From Perna viridis (lineage: Eukaryota), in NCBI GenBank assembly GCA_037379345.1, contig CM074515.1:22072001-22136000 (forward strand): a stretch of 64,000 nt of DNA. Reading direction: 5' to 3'. The notes under the pieces are model-generated. The model was not told where the DNA came from. It searched no databases and saw only the letters and a list, made by a program, of their open reading frames with translations. Below, piece after piece: positions 14,919-28,885 of this stretch; positions within the stretch are counted from its first letter, which is position 1, and each line of letters starts with the position of its first letter. The translations under genes were made by a program, and so were the position numbers.

Positions 14919-15979
14919 TTTTATTAGCTCACCTGGCCAAAGGCCAAGTAAGCCTATGCCATCACTTGGCGTTCGTTGTCATCATGGATAATTTTCAAAA
15001 ATCTTCTCTGAAACTACTAGACCGACAAGATGTAAACTTGGCAAGATTGTTCCTTAGAGTATTGTGCACAAAGTGACTGTTGGGATTTATGATTCATGAG
15101 AAAAACTTAGCCGCCATTACTAAAAATAGAACATAGAGGTCTGAACGCATTTTTTTTGCAAAAACTCAAAAACCGTTGCCTTTAGCAAATTTCTTGCTGA
15201 GGGTAATATTGGTCTGCACCAAGAGACAGACCTACATGTATGCCGAAATTTTCAAAACAATTTGTCAACTGATGTAGGAGTAATAGCCCCTGAAACAGCT
15301 TTTTTGGGCATTTTTCACTTGTACAACTTTGAAAATCTTCTTCTCAAAAACCATTTTACAGAATTCAATGAAAGTTGGCATAATTAATCCTTAGGGTATT
15401 GTGCACAAAGTGAGTGTTGGGATTTATGATCCATGAAAAAACGGCCACCATTACTAAAAATAGAACATAGAAGTCAGAAGGCAGTTTTGCAAGTAACTCA
15501 AAAACCGTTGCCTTTAGCAAATTTTTTGCCAGGTAATCTTGTTCAGCATCATGAGACCGACCAATGCTGAAATTTTTTATATGATTCTTTTATAGATGTA
15601 GGAGTTATGCATCCTGAAACAATTCTTAATTAATTTTTTCCCACATGTACAACCTCAAAAATCTTTTTCTCAGAAACCATTTAAGATGATTTAATGAAAA
15701 TATGAATATTGGTTCTTTAGTGTATTGTGCTTGAAATGACTTGTGATTTTTAATCCATGAATGGATATATGTACATGTATGGCAGGCTTTATTAAAATAA
15801 TACAAAAACTGTTGCCTTTAGCAAAATTCTGGTTCAGGTCATAAAAATGCTATTAAAAGCATTTCCTGTATTTGACAATTCAGTTAATTGTAACTTAGCT
15901 TATCTTATTCCTCAAGTTTTTCAAAGTTAAGCAAATGGTAAACCAGGTGAGCAATTCTGGCTCTCTTGAGCTTGTAGTT
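14919..15979 (+). mobile_element. Helentron-associated (HINE-like) non-autonomous element carrying satellite-like core repeats
   Basis: 5' ttattagctcacctgg plus a short inverted repeat and a cgtt/gtc tract. Internal duplication of ~340 bp (tattgtgcacaaagtga.tgttgggatttatgat at ~15060 and ~15397). 3' caggtgagc plus hairpin plus gtt. This is the architecture of bivalve HINE/pearl-type elements. Confidence 0.7.
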
Positions 15980-16155
15980 CATAGTTGTGTCACACTGCTC
16001 TAATTTTCTGCCTACTGTTGATTGCATGTACATGTACAGGTAGTATTTTATCAGTCTTGTCATTTTATATCTCTTATCTTGTGTATTACATTTGTAATTG
16101 CTGATGTGTATTTATAAAATGAAAAAAAAATTAATATTTATTCATAGATGAAAAG

Positions 16156-19100
16156 ATGACAACAGAGGATGCCCAGTATGAAGCATCAGACGAATCATCT
16201 GAAAATGAATTATTAGAGCGAAGTTTGTCTGTATGGCATGGCTGGGACGTTAAACACGAATCTTCAATACCTCTTGACCTCCATACTGCATCAAGTTTAG
16301 GGCACTATGACAGTGTTAGGTCTTTTATTGCAAGGTACATGTGTTTTGCTTTGTGTCTTTACAGGATAATTTGAGACAAGTAGTAAAGATATATGTTGTA
16401 TGTCAATTCTGATAGTGTTTCTTCAAGTCTTAAGTGCTGTGGTTAATGCACTCTACTCAAGTTAAATTCAGTTAGAATAGGGCTAAGCTCATAGCTTTAG
16501 TGGACTGGTGGAACACTGCAGATAGAAATAGAATCTGGCAGTGAAGCTGTAAATTACCATGATTAGTTTTTGTTTTTCCATATAATGATTTCTTCTTTAC
16601 GGTCAGTTACAGTACATGTAAAATTATAAAAATGAATTTTAGAAAATGATTTTCATGTATTTGTTAACTTACTAGATAAATTAGGCATGAGGTGTAATGC
16701 AGAAAGCACATCACTTCAGATATATATAAGTACACATGAACTACATGTAGATTATGAATACATGTATGTACAATAAGAAGGTTTTCAGTTACTGGATTAT
16801 AATTGTACAAACTGGTACAATTGTATTGTTAACAGTTAAATTTAATGTGAATAAAAAAGTATCAAATTTTAGTGGCCACATGTATGCATTGTCTCCTGCA
16901 TTAAATACATGTATCTCATTTCAATGCAAGTGGTCTTTTTCCAGGAAGGTAGACCTAGATAAAAAGAATCGTGGAGGATGGACACCTTTAATGTATGCAT
17001 GTTACATCGGACATGACAACATTGTTAATTTATTGTTGGATGCCTCTGTCAGTGTCAATGTCCAAAACAATAAAGGACAGACACCATTAATGCTAGCTGC
17101 TAGCTGTGGTAATGAAAGTGTTGCATACTTCATTTACCAGGTAATAAGCATTATAGAATTACATTAAATACTATTTCTAAGTATAAACTCGAAGAGTATT
17201 GGGCAATATAGATTTTATACAAATACACATACAAATACTGTATTGTCAATTAAGATGCTCAAAGTTGAGCAGATCTATCACATTTAAAATTTCAATGTAC
17301 ATTTGATTATGATTGACAACAATAAAGATTAGTATTTTTTTTTTCATAGAAAAATATTGAGATACATGTATTCAATAAGTACAGTGATCTGCTAGTTCAC
17401 AAAATATACATTTATATAATACTTGTTCAAACAGAATCATCATATTAAATCATGTACAATAGTATTATATGTATATCCTGTTTTGAATTGTTAGGAGACA
17501 GAGCTCTGAAGATACTTATTTTTTTTCATACTTATGTTAACATCTTTAACTTAAATTGTCACAGAATATATGAAAACCTTTTGGTTTTGAAGTCCTGTCA
17601 TGTATTGAACATTTAAGAGGCCAAAATTCTGTCTTCCTCAACAAGAAAAGTTTGTGTTATGAATTGAGTATAAAAGTGGGTCAAGGGATACTCCCTGCAC
17701 ACTGTTTTATGCATTGAGTATAAATGTGGGTCAAGGGATACTCCCTGCACACTGTTTTATGCATTGAGTATAAATGTGGGTCAAGGGATACTCCCTGCAC
17801 ACAAAAACATTAGCTTTTTTTTTCTTTCTTGAAGTAAATTGTCTAAGTACTAATTTAAAGGTAGTTATGACTGATATATACATGTAATATATTTTTTTCT
17901 AAAGCAAGGTGGTGACTTAGAAGCCAGAGATAGGAAAGGATGGACTGCATTATTCCATGCTACATATGCTGGGCATCAGAATGTTGTCAAGTTTTTACTA
18001 GAACAGGGGGCAAATATAAATGCGGTGTAAGTTTCTCAGTAACTATCAAGTAATGGGATCGTAAAAAATATGTTGTGTATTTCCTAAAATATATCTGCGT
18101 AAAGCAGGTTTTTCAAAATAATTAGAAAATTTAAAAGAAATTAAAACCTAACCTGTAAAGTAAGTTTTGTCTGAATACAATTGAATTCAAAAAAAAACAT
18201 AGAAACCAGGGTAAATGTTACTTTTTTATTGATACATGTACATTTTGTAGAACCCAATGCCAAGTCCTGATTTAATTTTTTTTTTTTCACAGAAATTGTA
18301 TAAAGTGTGACTAAAACATTTCTAAGTGACTAGTGTGCTAAATGTAAAATTTAATAACTTATGTTTTAGAAATTATTTGAATTTCTTAATATTTAATGTA
18401 ACTGCAATACAATTCATACACTGGATTACAGTAACTTATTTAAAATCTGATCTTTTGGTTTCCTCCTGTACTTAAGAAATTTGTGTTTTTTATGACAGGG
18501 AGCCTATAAATGGATTAACTCCCTTTATGGAGGCTGCTGCAGAAGGCCATGAAAAGATTGTGCAATTGTTTCTTCGACATGTAAGTGTTGATTGAGTTGA
18601 AATGTTACGGTGGGGTAACCAGATATTTTTTTTTTAATCCAACTATGCTTACTAATGCTCTATCTATGTTTTGAACTATTTAATTATAAGGCAAGCCTAA
18701 AATTATTTGAAAAAGAGTAACTGTTTGTATCATGGAATTAACTAGTTAGAATTTAGAACCACCTCAAAAATGTTACTGTTATATTATGGTATGGTGTTTA
18801 ATATTGTAATTTTAATGAGATTTTATTAAAAGTCTTAGAATTCTTGGAGTTCTCTGATTAGCTTTTCAATCTTACAACTTCAATGGTCCTAACTGGACCC
18901 TTTTTTTTTAATTTGATTTACATAAAGGTCCGAATTGTCCAAAATAAAACTTTGTTGATTTCAACAGAAATTGAGTTCTTTGGAATCTATTTATTATGGT
19001 ATGTCTGTCTGTTCAAGGTCTAACTTCTACCACAGCTACAAGCTGCTCCCTGCAGAACATTTTGTTGATGAATGAATGTGATAAATGATCAAATTTATAG

Positions 19101-22100
19101 AACAATCTTAGCTCAATGCTTTTCTTATCAAGAAATAGCATGTTCTTGTATATCCAATTTATTTTCTCCAGAGAGTGAAAGTGAATGCCAAATCATACAA
19201 CAATGATACAGCCCGATCTCTAGCTCTTGTCTACAATCATGTAGCTATAGTGAATCTCATCGATAATTTTCTTTCTCCTGGTGTATCTCTTAGATCTGAA
19301 GCAGGTATGTATTAATGGAATAAGTTGAAATATAAAGTGTATCCAGAGTATCTTGTCTACATTTTGTGAAAATAAAATGTTTGTTATTATATTGTTATAT
19401 ATATTTGCTTTTTATATCAATTTTAAACATAAAATCAAGCAGTATTTGAGTGACAAGTGATTTATGTATTAACAAATACAACTGTGTGACAGAAGTACAA
19501 ATTTGTATTTTTTTTCTTTTTTTTGAATTGAGATGCATATTGTACTAGATCAAAGGCACTTTATAGGTTTCATTGCAACAATAAGATTAACTTTTTTCAC
19601 CAGGTTTAGATGGTGACCTTAGTTCGTCTGATGATAACCTTCCACAGAAGAGAAGACATCAGAGTAGAAGGTCTGCCAATAAAGGAGGGCCAAGTATAAG
19701 GGATGGTCCTGATGCTATCGCTAGGTTAATAGATAGGTCCCGTAACCCACCTGTAAATAATGGAGGTAATTAAGTAATTAACCTTTCACTGTTTATTGTT
19801 CACAGGCAAAAGTATTTTACTTGATTTCCACTTGAATTTAGGAAATAAAATTTGTGGCAGATTTCATGTAAAACTAATGAAAATCCAGCCTTCACACGAA
19901 TTTCATATGAATTTTTTTTTTTTTCATGAAATTCATGTTAAGTAAATTTAATAAGAAAATCACTTAAATTTCAATTGTGACGTTCATGTTAACATTATTT
20001 GTGTTTTTACATAAAAATATAAATGAACTATCATTGAATTATACTTCCTCTTATTTATGGTATTTTTACAACACAGTTCGTATTGAGTTTGCTTTTACAT
20101 CACATGACACTGATGATGCTTAACTGTGATAACCTAACCAATGGTGCTTACAAACTTGCATTTCATTGGACAAAAGTGACAACAATCGTTGAATTGAATG
20201 CTATAGTAGGAGCTTTTTATGTCTGGAATATTTTCAGTCAAAAACTGTTTTTGACCTACATACATTGGTTTACTTGGTTTTACATTTTTGAATTTTTACA
20301 CTTGCACAGAGTTCAACTTGCATATTTGACAGATTTATAAAAATATCTGAGGTACCTTACTGTGAAGATTTTAATTTGATTTGTAAATAGTCTGTTTTGT
20401 TTATCTTTTTGTTTTATTTCAGACTTACATAGAAGTCACCAGGGCATTGCATAATCAATATTAATTTGTTTGCATTACAGGTACATGTGTACCTAAGGGC
20501 TATGTAACATTTCCTCAGTCAACAGAGGAGACTACACCTCAGTTATCTTACAGAGATGTGACATCACCAATAAATATGCAAGATTATGCCCTAGATAGTT
20601 CTGGTGGAAGAGGTGAGTTAAATCAGTTTATTATGCCCTAGATAGTTCTGGTGGAAGAGGTGAGTTTGTTATACTATAGATAGTTTCAGTGGAAGAGGAC
20701 AGGTTCAAAGTTCATCCAGTTTTGTTTCACTGATATCTAGAATTAGACATATTGCCATTATAGTGCACTTTTGCAATAGATGTAATAAAATATATGATTA
20801 AATTTTGAATTCACAGTACACATGACATGATATTTTTGTCATCATAAAAACCTGCTTTAGCAACAATGCAATTAGTAAGATTCTCTGAAGTTACAAAATT
20901 ACAATGATACTGGTAATTAAATGCTGGAAGTGTCTTAATTTACAGTAAAATCAAGATGATGTGGTTTTGAATTATCAGTTTTACCAGAGAATGGTTGCAA
21001 TATTCAAGATTGAAATCCACAATGATAACCTGTCATACCATCATTCTTGTACAATTATGATTAGCATTTAGTTACATTGATTGAATGTGTGAGAAAATCA
21101 GTACTGTGCTTTGAAGTTCTCTAATTATTAAAAATGGCTAGGATCTATTTTTTTTTCATAATTTGACATTTGAAGTGATACATGAAACCATAAAATGAGT
21201 GTAAACAATCTGATATACTTTGTCCCTCAAGAAAATATGTAAGGTGACCAAAAAGAGGTTTCTGGCATATGATTTTTTTCCAACTTCACTAATGAAGTTT
21301 GAAATAATAATGTAGACACAGTGAAAGCAGAAAACTGCCATGACAGTTTTGTGGTCAACAAACTCCTATGAATATGTGACATTTCAGACCAAAGGAAGAT
21401 CACACCATCAACAGTAAAAAACAGTCTTGAAACTTTAAAAGTTTCTTTAGAAGCATTTCAGGTAGCATCTGTCTCATATTACAAAACTAAAAAGCAACTT
21501 TGGCTCCAAGAGAAAATGGGACCAACAATCAAGTAAAGCAAGCATTCTCTGCTCTTCTAGTAGGTTAGAAATATATTTTACATGGTTTTTATTGCTATGT
21601 TGTAGTACATGTATAAGGATAGAAATTTTATTTATCTTTGTTAGATTCCTGTGATAATGACCCAGATGATGATGGGAATGCATTCTCCAGAACTGGTGCC
21701 CTCACTATTAAAAGTTCTTCTGGTTCCTCTGGAGGATTAATTTCAGCATTAGGATTAAGTCGTGATAACAGTATAGACAGTGATGATTATCAGCCACACA
21801 GTAGTATATCCTCACACGATGGTAGTGTAGATGGTGCTCTTGGTAATCTCTCGCTGGCTGGTAGCACTGGAAGTTTGAATGGCAGTGCTCTATCTCCAGC
21901 AACAAGTATTAATTTTGACCTTCATAAAAATAAGGACAACAAAGTTTCTTTACCGAAAGATAATGCATTTAAAGTGACACCTGGTGAAATTATTGTTCCT
22001 CAAGGAAAGGTAACTCTAGATAACAGGAGTAGTGTTAAACATAGTGAAATTCCTGTTACTTTTGGTTATCCTACAGGAATCAATAATGGTACTCCTAGTC

Positions 22101-25100
22101 ATTTGGAGGATTTAAATAAGAAAGGATTTCCTAACATTGGCACAGAGTTTGGTGCTCAGCTTGGTCAGCTTTTCCCACAGAATCCATCGGGTTTACCAGA
22201 TCAGCCATCATTCTTTCAACAAAGAAAGGTTATAATTTTTTTTCAACTAAAGGCCACATTGTTTTTTTTTCATTACTTAATTTACAAATTGTTCAAAATA
22301 AAAATGAATAAGAATAAGAAGAAAATTACTCACGTAGACTATATGGAAAATAGATAGTTAACATATAGACAGGTTTTAATATCATAACATATTGCATAAT
22401 TAGAATAGTTTAATTTATTCTCCTTTTCTTGAAATTTTACATTTGTTTATACATGTAGTTATAAATAGTTTTGTCAGAATACCTATTTTAAACCTGTAAT
22501 TAATTTACAACTTTGATTATTACCAGCCTCGCCAAAGTGATTATCCTGAAGACTTGCCAACATTATTAGAACAGCTGAGTTTGACTAAGTATTTACCTGT
22601 ATTTGAAGAACAGGATATAGATTTACAGGTGTTTTTATCTCTTACTGACAATGATCTCAAAGAAATAGGTATACAGTAAGTATTACTGACAAAGATCTCA
22701 TTAAAATAGGTATACAGTAAACATCACTGACACTGATCTTAAAGAAACGTGTATACAGTAAATATTACTGACAATAATCTCAATGAAATAGGTATACAGT
22801 AAATATTACTGACAATGATCTCAATGAAATAGGTATACAGTAAGTATTACTGACAAAGATGTCAATGAAATAGGTATACAGTAAGTGTTACTGACAAAGA
22901 TCTCATTAAAATAGGTATACAGTAAACATCACTGACACTGATCTTAAAGAAACGTGTATACAGTAAATATTACTGACAATAATCTCAATGAAATAGGTAT
23001 ACAGTAAATATTACTGACAATGATCTCAATGAAATAGGTATACAGTAAGTATTACTGACAAAGATGTCAATGAAATAGGTATACAGTAAGTGTTACTGAC
23101 AAAGATCTCAATAAAATGGGTATATAGTAGTAGACACTGACAAAGATCTCAATGAAATAGGTATACAGTTAGTGTTACTGACAAAGATCTCAATGAAATA
23201 GGTATTCAGTAAGTATTACTGACAAAGATCTCAATAAAATAGGTATTCAGTAAGTATTACTGACAATGATCTCAAAGAAAAAAAGCATAGAGTAAGTATT
23301 ACTAATAATGATCTCAATTAAATAGGTATACAATAAGAATTACAATGATTTCAAAATAATATGTATACATTTAGAATTACTGATAATGATCTCTTTAAAA
23401 TTGTACCACAAGGTGCCATACCCCAAAAGGAAGGCTTTGATTTTTGGGGTTGTGACTTGAATTTTAAAAATAAGCAGACAAAAATTGGCCATAAATCAGC
23501 ATTTTCAGGGTGTCTTGCCAATGACTATATGTGAAGTAATCTGTTTGAAATGGTAGACCAAGTACCAGACCACCAAAGGCTACGATTGATTTAAAAACAA
23601 TTACAGATAGCATTACCAGTCTTAGTTTTTCATTTGGTTGTTGCAGGTTTGAGATAAAAATTACATAAATTGTACATGAAATTGGCACTTTACAAGAGTT
23701 ATTGTTCTTGGCACCCAAGAAGAGCTTTCTTGATTTAGTTGATTTATGTTTGAGATCAACATATGATTTTCGATTTATATGGATTGATACTTAGATTATT
23801 TATTTACCTACGAACATACGTGGTTGGATTCATAGATCTTAGCAAAAGTAATATTCTCTCTTTATAGATTGTTTGGACCAAGGAAGAAATTGACCAATGC
23901 AATAGCCCGATGGCACAGTGAAGCCCCTCTAGCTGTTAGTAACCAGTCGGAGCAAGCTTATGCTGATAGACTTGAGGGACAGTTACAGGAGATGGCTGTT
24001 CAATTACACAAGGTTGTATACTATTTGTTTCCAGAAGAATACTTTTTTTATTTGTACAAGCTCATTAGAAATATTTTTTTCAATTGTAACATACCAGTAC
24101 TGAACTTATTACAATTAACTAAAATCAGTGTCATTGACTTGATTCATCAACCTCATTGGAATTAAATTTTCTGTTTTTCTCAGCATTTTACCATAAAATC
24201 TCTCACCAGATTTAATGTTGTTGGATCTTCAATAAATAAGTCCATTCTTAATTTCAGAATAAAATTTCCTCTAGCTGTCTGTCTAGATCAATAAAAGTTC
24301 TATATTTTTGTCATTCAAAAGATTTTGAGGCCAAAAAAATGTAGATTGAGATTGACAAAGTGTGTAAGTTGGACTTATGCTAATGTTTACCTTTGTTGAT
24401 CTGTAGGCTTATGAACAAGTGGAGACGGTAAAAGCCCAGGTGTTACAGGAACAGCAGATCAGAAGTGTTACAGAAGCTTGTCTAACAGAAGAAAGAGCAG
24501 TCTGGCATCATGTACAAAGATTGATTGTTGATACTAGGAAGAAATGTGAAGAAATGAAAGAATCTCTACGCAAACTAAAGTCAGTAAAAACTTATAACTG
24601 TCAATTTAGAAAACATTTTATGCATTTTCAATTTCTATGATTGACATTATGTTGGGTTTTTTTTAAACTACTGGTGTCACATCATTTTTTGTGCAATCTA
24701 TGAAAATTTTATCCTGAATAACAGTGAAATAATCCTATTGCAAGTTTTTATTATCACATTCGAATTCTAAATCATTTTGTATGAAAAAAAAAGTTAGGTA
24801 AAAGAATATTTGTGTTGTCTATCTTGGAGTATTTTACCTGAATATGATAGATGTTATTTAAGATTGGAAGCAAAAAGAAAATTTGGATGACCTAAAAATT
24901 TTTTTTTTTATATTTTAATTCATCCTTTGTTTGCATAAAAAGTTACGAATGATTCATTGTTTATTTTCCTAGAAAACAAACAACAAAATAAGTCATTGAC
25001 ATCCTGCAATCAATGGAAAACATATGCAATGACCACATTTTTAAACTCGTTGTTTTAAAGTTAAAATATTTTCAGTGTAAATCTTCATATTTTTCAGACA

Positions 25101-25383
25101 TGTACAAAGTGATATCAAATGCAAACTATTGCCTGATAATAAAGACAATAAAACTTTAAAACAGAGTGACGATAACACTGATACAGTTGCAATACATGAT
25201 AATACATGTGGTGAAATCAAAAGGTCATCCACCAATGACAGGGCATATGCTGAGTTGTTGGTAAAGAAAACAGACCAATATACAAGAGAACTACAAAAAT
25301 GTATATCTTCTGTTATCATAACAACAGATAAACTTCTTGGTAGATCTAGTTCTTCACAGAATAGAGAAACTGTGTTTACATAA
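16156..25383 (+). CDS. ANKS3: Ankyrin repeat and SAM domain-containing protein 3 (~780 aa, 12 coding exons)
   Basis: Exons 16156-16334, 16945-17140, 17905-18026, 18499-18580, 19172-19304, 19604-19765, 20481-20612, 21645-22228, 22527-22675, 23868-24012, 24407-24579, 25098-25383; all GT-AG, 2343 nt in frame. Diagnostic ANKS3 motifs: ELLERSLSVWHG..PLDLHTA, GWTPLMYACYIGHDNIV, DLSSSD, PKGYVTF, RDVTSPIN, SAM domain LTKYLPVFEEQDIDLQVFLSLTDNDLKEIGIQLFGPRKKLTNAIARWHS, and coiled coil YADRLEGQLQEMAVQLHK. Confidence 0.95.
17657..17802. repeat. 50-bp tandem repeat x3 in ANKS3 intron 2
   Basis: tcaagggatactccctgcacac at 17681, 17731 and 17781. Confidence 0.95.
20584..20700 (+). repeat. Short tandem duplication of the ANKS3 exon 7 end plus donor (2 near-perfect copies and 1 degenerate copy)
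   Basis: ttatgccctagatagttctggtggaagag|gtgagtt is repeated 47 nt downstream; a third copy has lost the GT. Confidence 0.9.
22644..23392 (+). repeat. 41-bp minisatellite (~18 copies) seeded by the ANKS3 SAM-exon end and its 5' splice site
   Basis: Unit actgacaa(a/t)gatctcaatgaaataggtatacagtaagtatt; the first copy is exon 9 coding sequence plus donor. A 5-unit block (205 bp, 22685-22889) is repeated at 22890-23094. Confidence 0.95.
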
Positions 25384-27284
25384 TGTTATTGTTTGTTTCC
25401 CACAGGGTAGTAGACATGGTGTTTATAGATCCATTATAATTATACCCTCTGTTTTTAAAAGTAGGGGTATATAGTGATTGGGGTGCTGGTCGTACAACCA
25501 TTACACAGAGAGGTACCCTTCTCTTATCTGTTACTTCTCCTACAGCACTAAATGGAATTCGATGAAACTTTCACAGAATGTAAATTAATTATTGAAGATG
25601 TGCACTATCTATTTAATCTAAATCAATCTGGAGGTCAAAGGTTACATGTTATTAAATGAATTAGCTTCACATTTTTCTAGTTCATTTTATTGTTTAAACC
25701 AAGTTTTATTTTACAAAATATCCAAGATATCATAATATCCATATAATTGCAATTGAAGTGAGTAAAGTGTTTCTGTGGAAGTTTATTGTATCTTGAAACA
25801 CAACTAAGAAATATTGTAATGGTTTATTATCATCCACGCCCCATCCAGATACATGTATAATGCAAATGTTACTAGTCAAATATCAATCAAATCAAATTTA
25901 TAGTAGCTTTTTTAGAAACAAAATTATGTACTTAGACAAATCATACTTCAGTTTCAACTGGCAAATTTTATGGAGGAATGAGGACTAAAACATTTTGTAT
26001 CATGTTACAACGAAAGACATATTATCACATATTTTAGAGTGAAATGGATGTTTTGCTCCTATGATAATGTCGTGGTAATCAGGCTGATAATTGGTTATTG
26101 GCCTGTCTTTGATGGCAATGTCATTGATATTAGGCTGTCAAAAATGGTAACATAATTGGTAAAGAAAACTAAGTTCTGATTATAAATCAGTCCGTTTGTT
26201 TTATTAATGATAAAAAAACTCTTAAATATGAATTGAAATTGTAATAATCTATTTGTTATAACAAGTTGTTTCAGATATTTTAAGGGGGACATTTTCCTTA
26301 CAACATGGGTATAGTTATCAGGTTTTAGATGGAGAAGATTTTTTTTAGCATTTACATTTGGTTATAGCACAAGGGATTATTAGTGTAACAAGAAATTTAT
26401 TTTTATGTTGTTTTTGATATTTAGATTTTACCATAGCAGTAATGCTTACAGTTTTAATGAAGCATGTCTTTACTGTTAGTTTTCTATTTTTTTCTTGTAA
26501 TTGGTTTTATGCATAAAATACATTTGTACCTCTTATAAGAATGCAATGGTTATATGGTAGCCATACAGCCCATACCAGTTAATCTTTTGGTCAGTTCATG
26601 TGGGAGATTCTCCCCATTGACACTGTCTTTTGTGGGAGATTTTTTCATAATTGAAAATTTTAGGTGTATTTATACAAATACATGCATTTAGTATTTTTAC
26701 AGAAAATATAGTAATTTTAAGAAAACCCCACACAAATCTTACATTATAATACAGGAAATTCTCATTTTTTCATCAATTTCTGGGAGTATCCCCACCCCCC
26801 TTAATGTGGGAGGATTTACAAGTATGTGGAGCTCTCTAGTAAAAACCTGAATCTCTACAATGCTTTTATCAAACTCACATATATGAAGACTTATTACATC
26901 TACATTACTGTATAAATATTTATGTTTATATTTATTGTTCAAGACTGATTTTATTTATGTTCATTTATTGTGTAGTCCTGTGTACTGGGTAGGTCTAGTG
27001 TTCATAATTGTTTCCGTCCAGTTTTATTTTATTGTTATAGTTATATATTTTAGACTTTTTGGAAATATAAGGTAAACAATAAATGTACCGATATGTATGT
27101 TTGGTATACATAGATAGAGTTGAAATAAGATCGTTGTTGAGGACAGGTTTATATATTGTGGTATAATAAAATATTAGAGAATAGTTGTTTGAAATAATAA
27201 CATGTATGAAAAGTAAACTGCAACATGTGGTTCTATTATAGATTTCTTTCTTGATGGAAAATAAACAGTATGTTTTACAAAATA

Positions 27285-27415
27285 AGAGGCAGATCCAGAA
27301 TTTAATATTTAAAAAGGGTTTAGTAAAATCCAATCAAAGAGGCAGGTTCCGGGCTATAATTTACTTATATTTGCCCCTTCCAACCCCAGGAACACTCCCC
27401 CTGGATCCACCACTG
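27285..27415. mobile_element. Short GG(C)GGATCCAG..CTGGATCCGCC-type MITE
   Basis: gaggcagatccag ... ctggatccaccactg; related copies at 37812-37930 and 39249-39424. Confidence 0.6.
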
Positions 27416-28885
27416 AAAATGAAATGCAAACCGATGAACATGTAAAACTTTGTAAAAAGGCACCCCTTGCATTGTTTTCCTGGAGTTAGACATGATATGT
27501 TAGTATATGTATGTGTAGAAAAAAATTTAAGTAAGTTCTGCAGTTATTAGAGAAAAAAATTATTTCTCTGTCTGAGATGGTAAAATTGAGATTTTGAGTA
27601 TACAAACTTTTTTTAGCAAGCATATTACAAATCTAAATTTTAACATAGAGAATGGAGATAAAGTTCAAATCAAGAATAGGCTGAAGGAGAATTGGTTTCT
27701 CCCATGAAATCTGTAGAAAAGTCAGAAAATGAAAAATAGCAGGAAAACTTTTAGAAATGTAATTCCCGTAAGGTGATAAAAAAGTCACGTGCATTTTCAA
27801 TCTCTGGTTTAGAATTGGTGAAAGAAATACCATACATAAATAAACTCATGTTCTGATTCATGACATGAGAGGAAGGTAGAAAACTAGAAAATATATTCTT
27901 TTGAAATTCTTTTTTAAAAAATTACTTATATTGTGGTATTAACATGTTATTTCAGTGGATGACAAATTTCCATATAGTTTCATATGTCACATTGTTATGG
28001 CAGTATATAAATACATGTTCTAAGATTGCAAATAAAAGATAATAAATGCCAGTCTTTGCAGTCTTAAGAAATATCCATTTCTGTTATTGCATGTTGTCAA
28101 TATATGTACTATCATGATTAAGAAACCAATTTCATTAAATTATTTGGAGAACTAGATCTGTTAATAACTGCAATAAATTGCATGTGAATGATTCAGAATA
28201 TTACAAATTAAAGGACATCCTCTCTAATATTAAATTGAAAATTAGCCAATTTAATTCATGATGAAATCTAAATGTAGTCATTTCGAAAACAAAAGATAAT
28301 CTGAATTTAATTTGTTTTTGGTTTTAGATTTGTTTAATTTTTTTCATTGTGTTTTAGGTTTTTTGAACGTATACTAAATCTAATAATTATTTCAGGTTTT
28401 TGATATGGTCTAACCCTTTTTTTTTCAAGAACCATCTGGTCCATTGATCTGATTAAAAAAATATAAATTTCCCTGCATCTGGGCCCATTCAGTCATTGTA
28501 AATATCATGAAGGATATGCATGATACCACTATATAATAAAAATATTTACTCAGGCCTAGGTTCTTAAGGTAAAAAGGGGGTGTTGAACCCTCCCTTCTCC
28601 AAGTGCCTGTGATAAACACTTACATTGGAGAGTCCTGTGAGATTTTCCTTTTTTATGAGTTCCAACCAACAGGGTATTTTGATTTTATCAAACCAACAAT
28701 CTTGACCTTCCTAGTATCTAGACTACATTCATATATTTTAGCAAAATTTGTTAATTGACTCCAAATTATTTATATTAAATTAATTTTTATTTTGAATTAT
28801 GGTATGTAACAAAAATGAGATGCACAAAGCACATTTCATTAATTTTATAGATTGCTTTTGTTAACACTGATAGCAAAAACAAGTA

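Noticed and set aside
20423-20443. Possible in-frame 21-nt ANKS3 micro-exon after a good acceptor
   Set aside because: It would need a weak GC donor and a 37-nt intron; no support.
22644-23392. CRISPR-like regular array
   Set aside because: The units are contiguous with no unique spacers, the context is a eukaryotic intron, and there are no cas genes; it is an exon-derived minisatellite.
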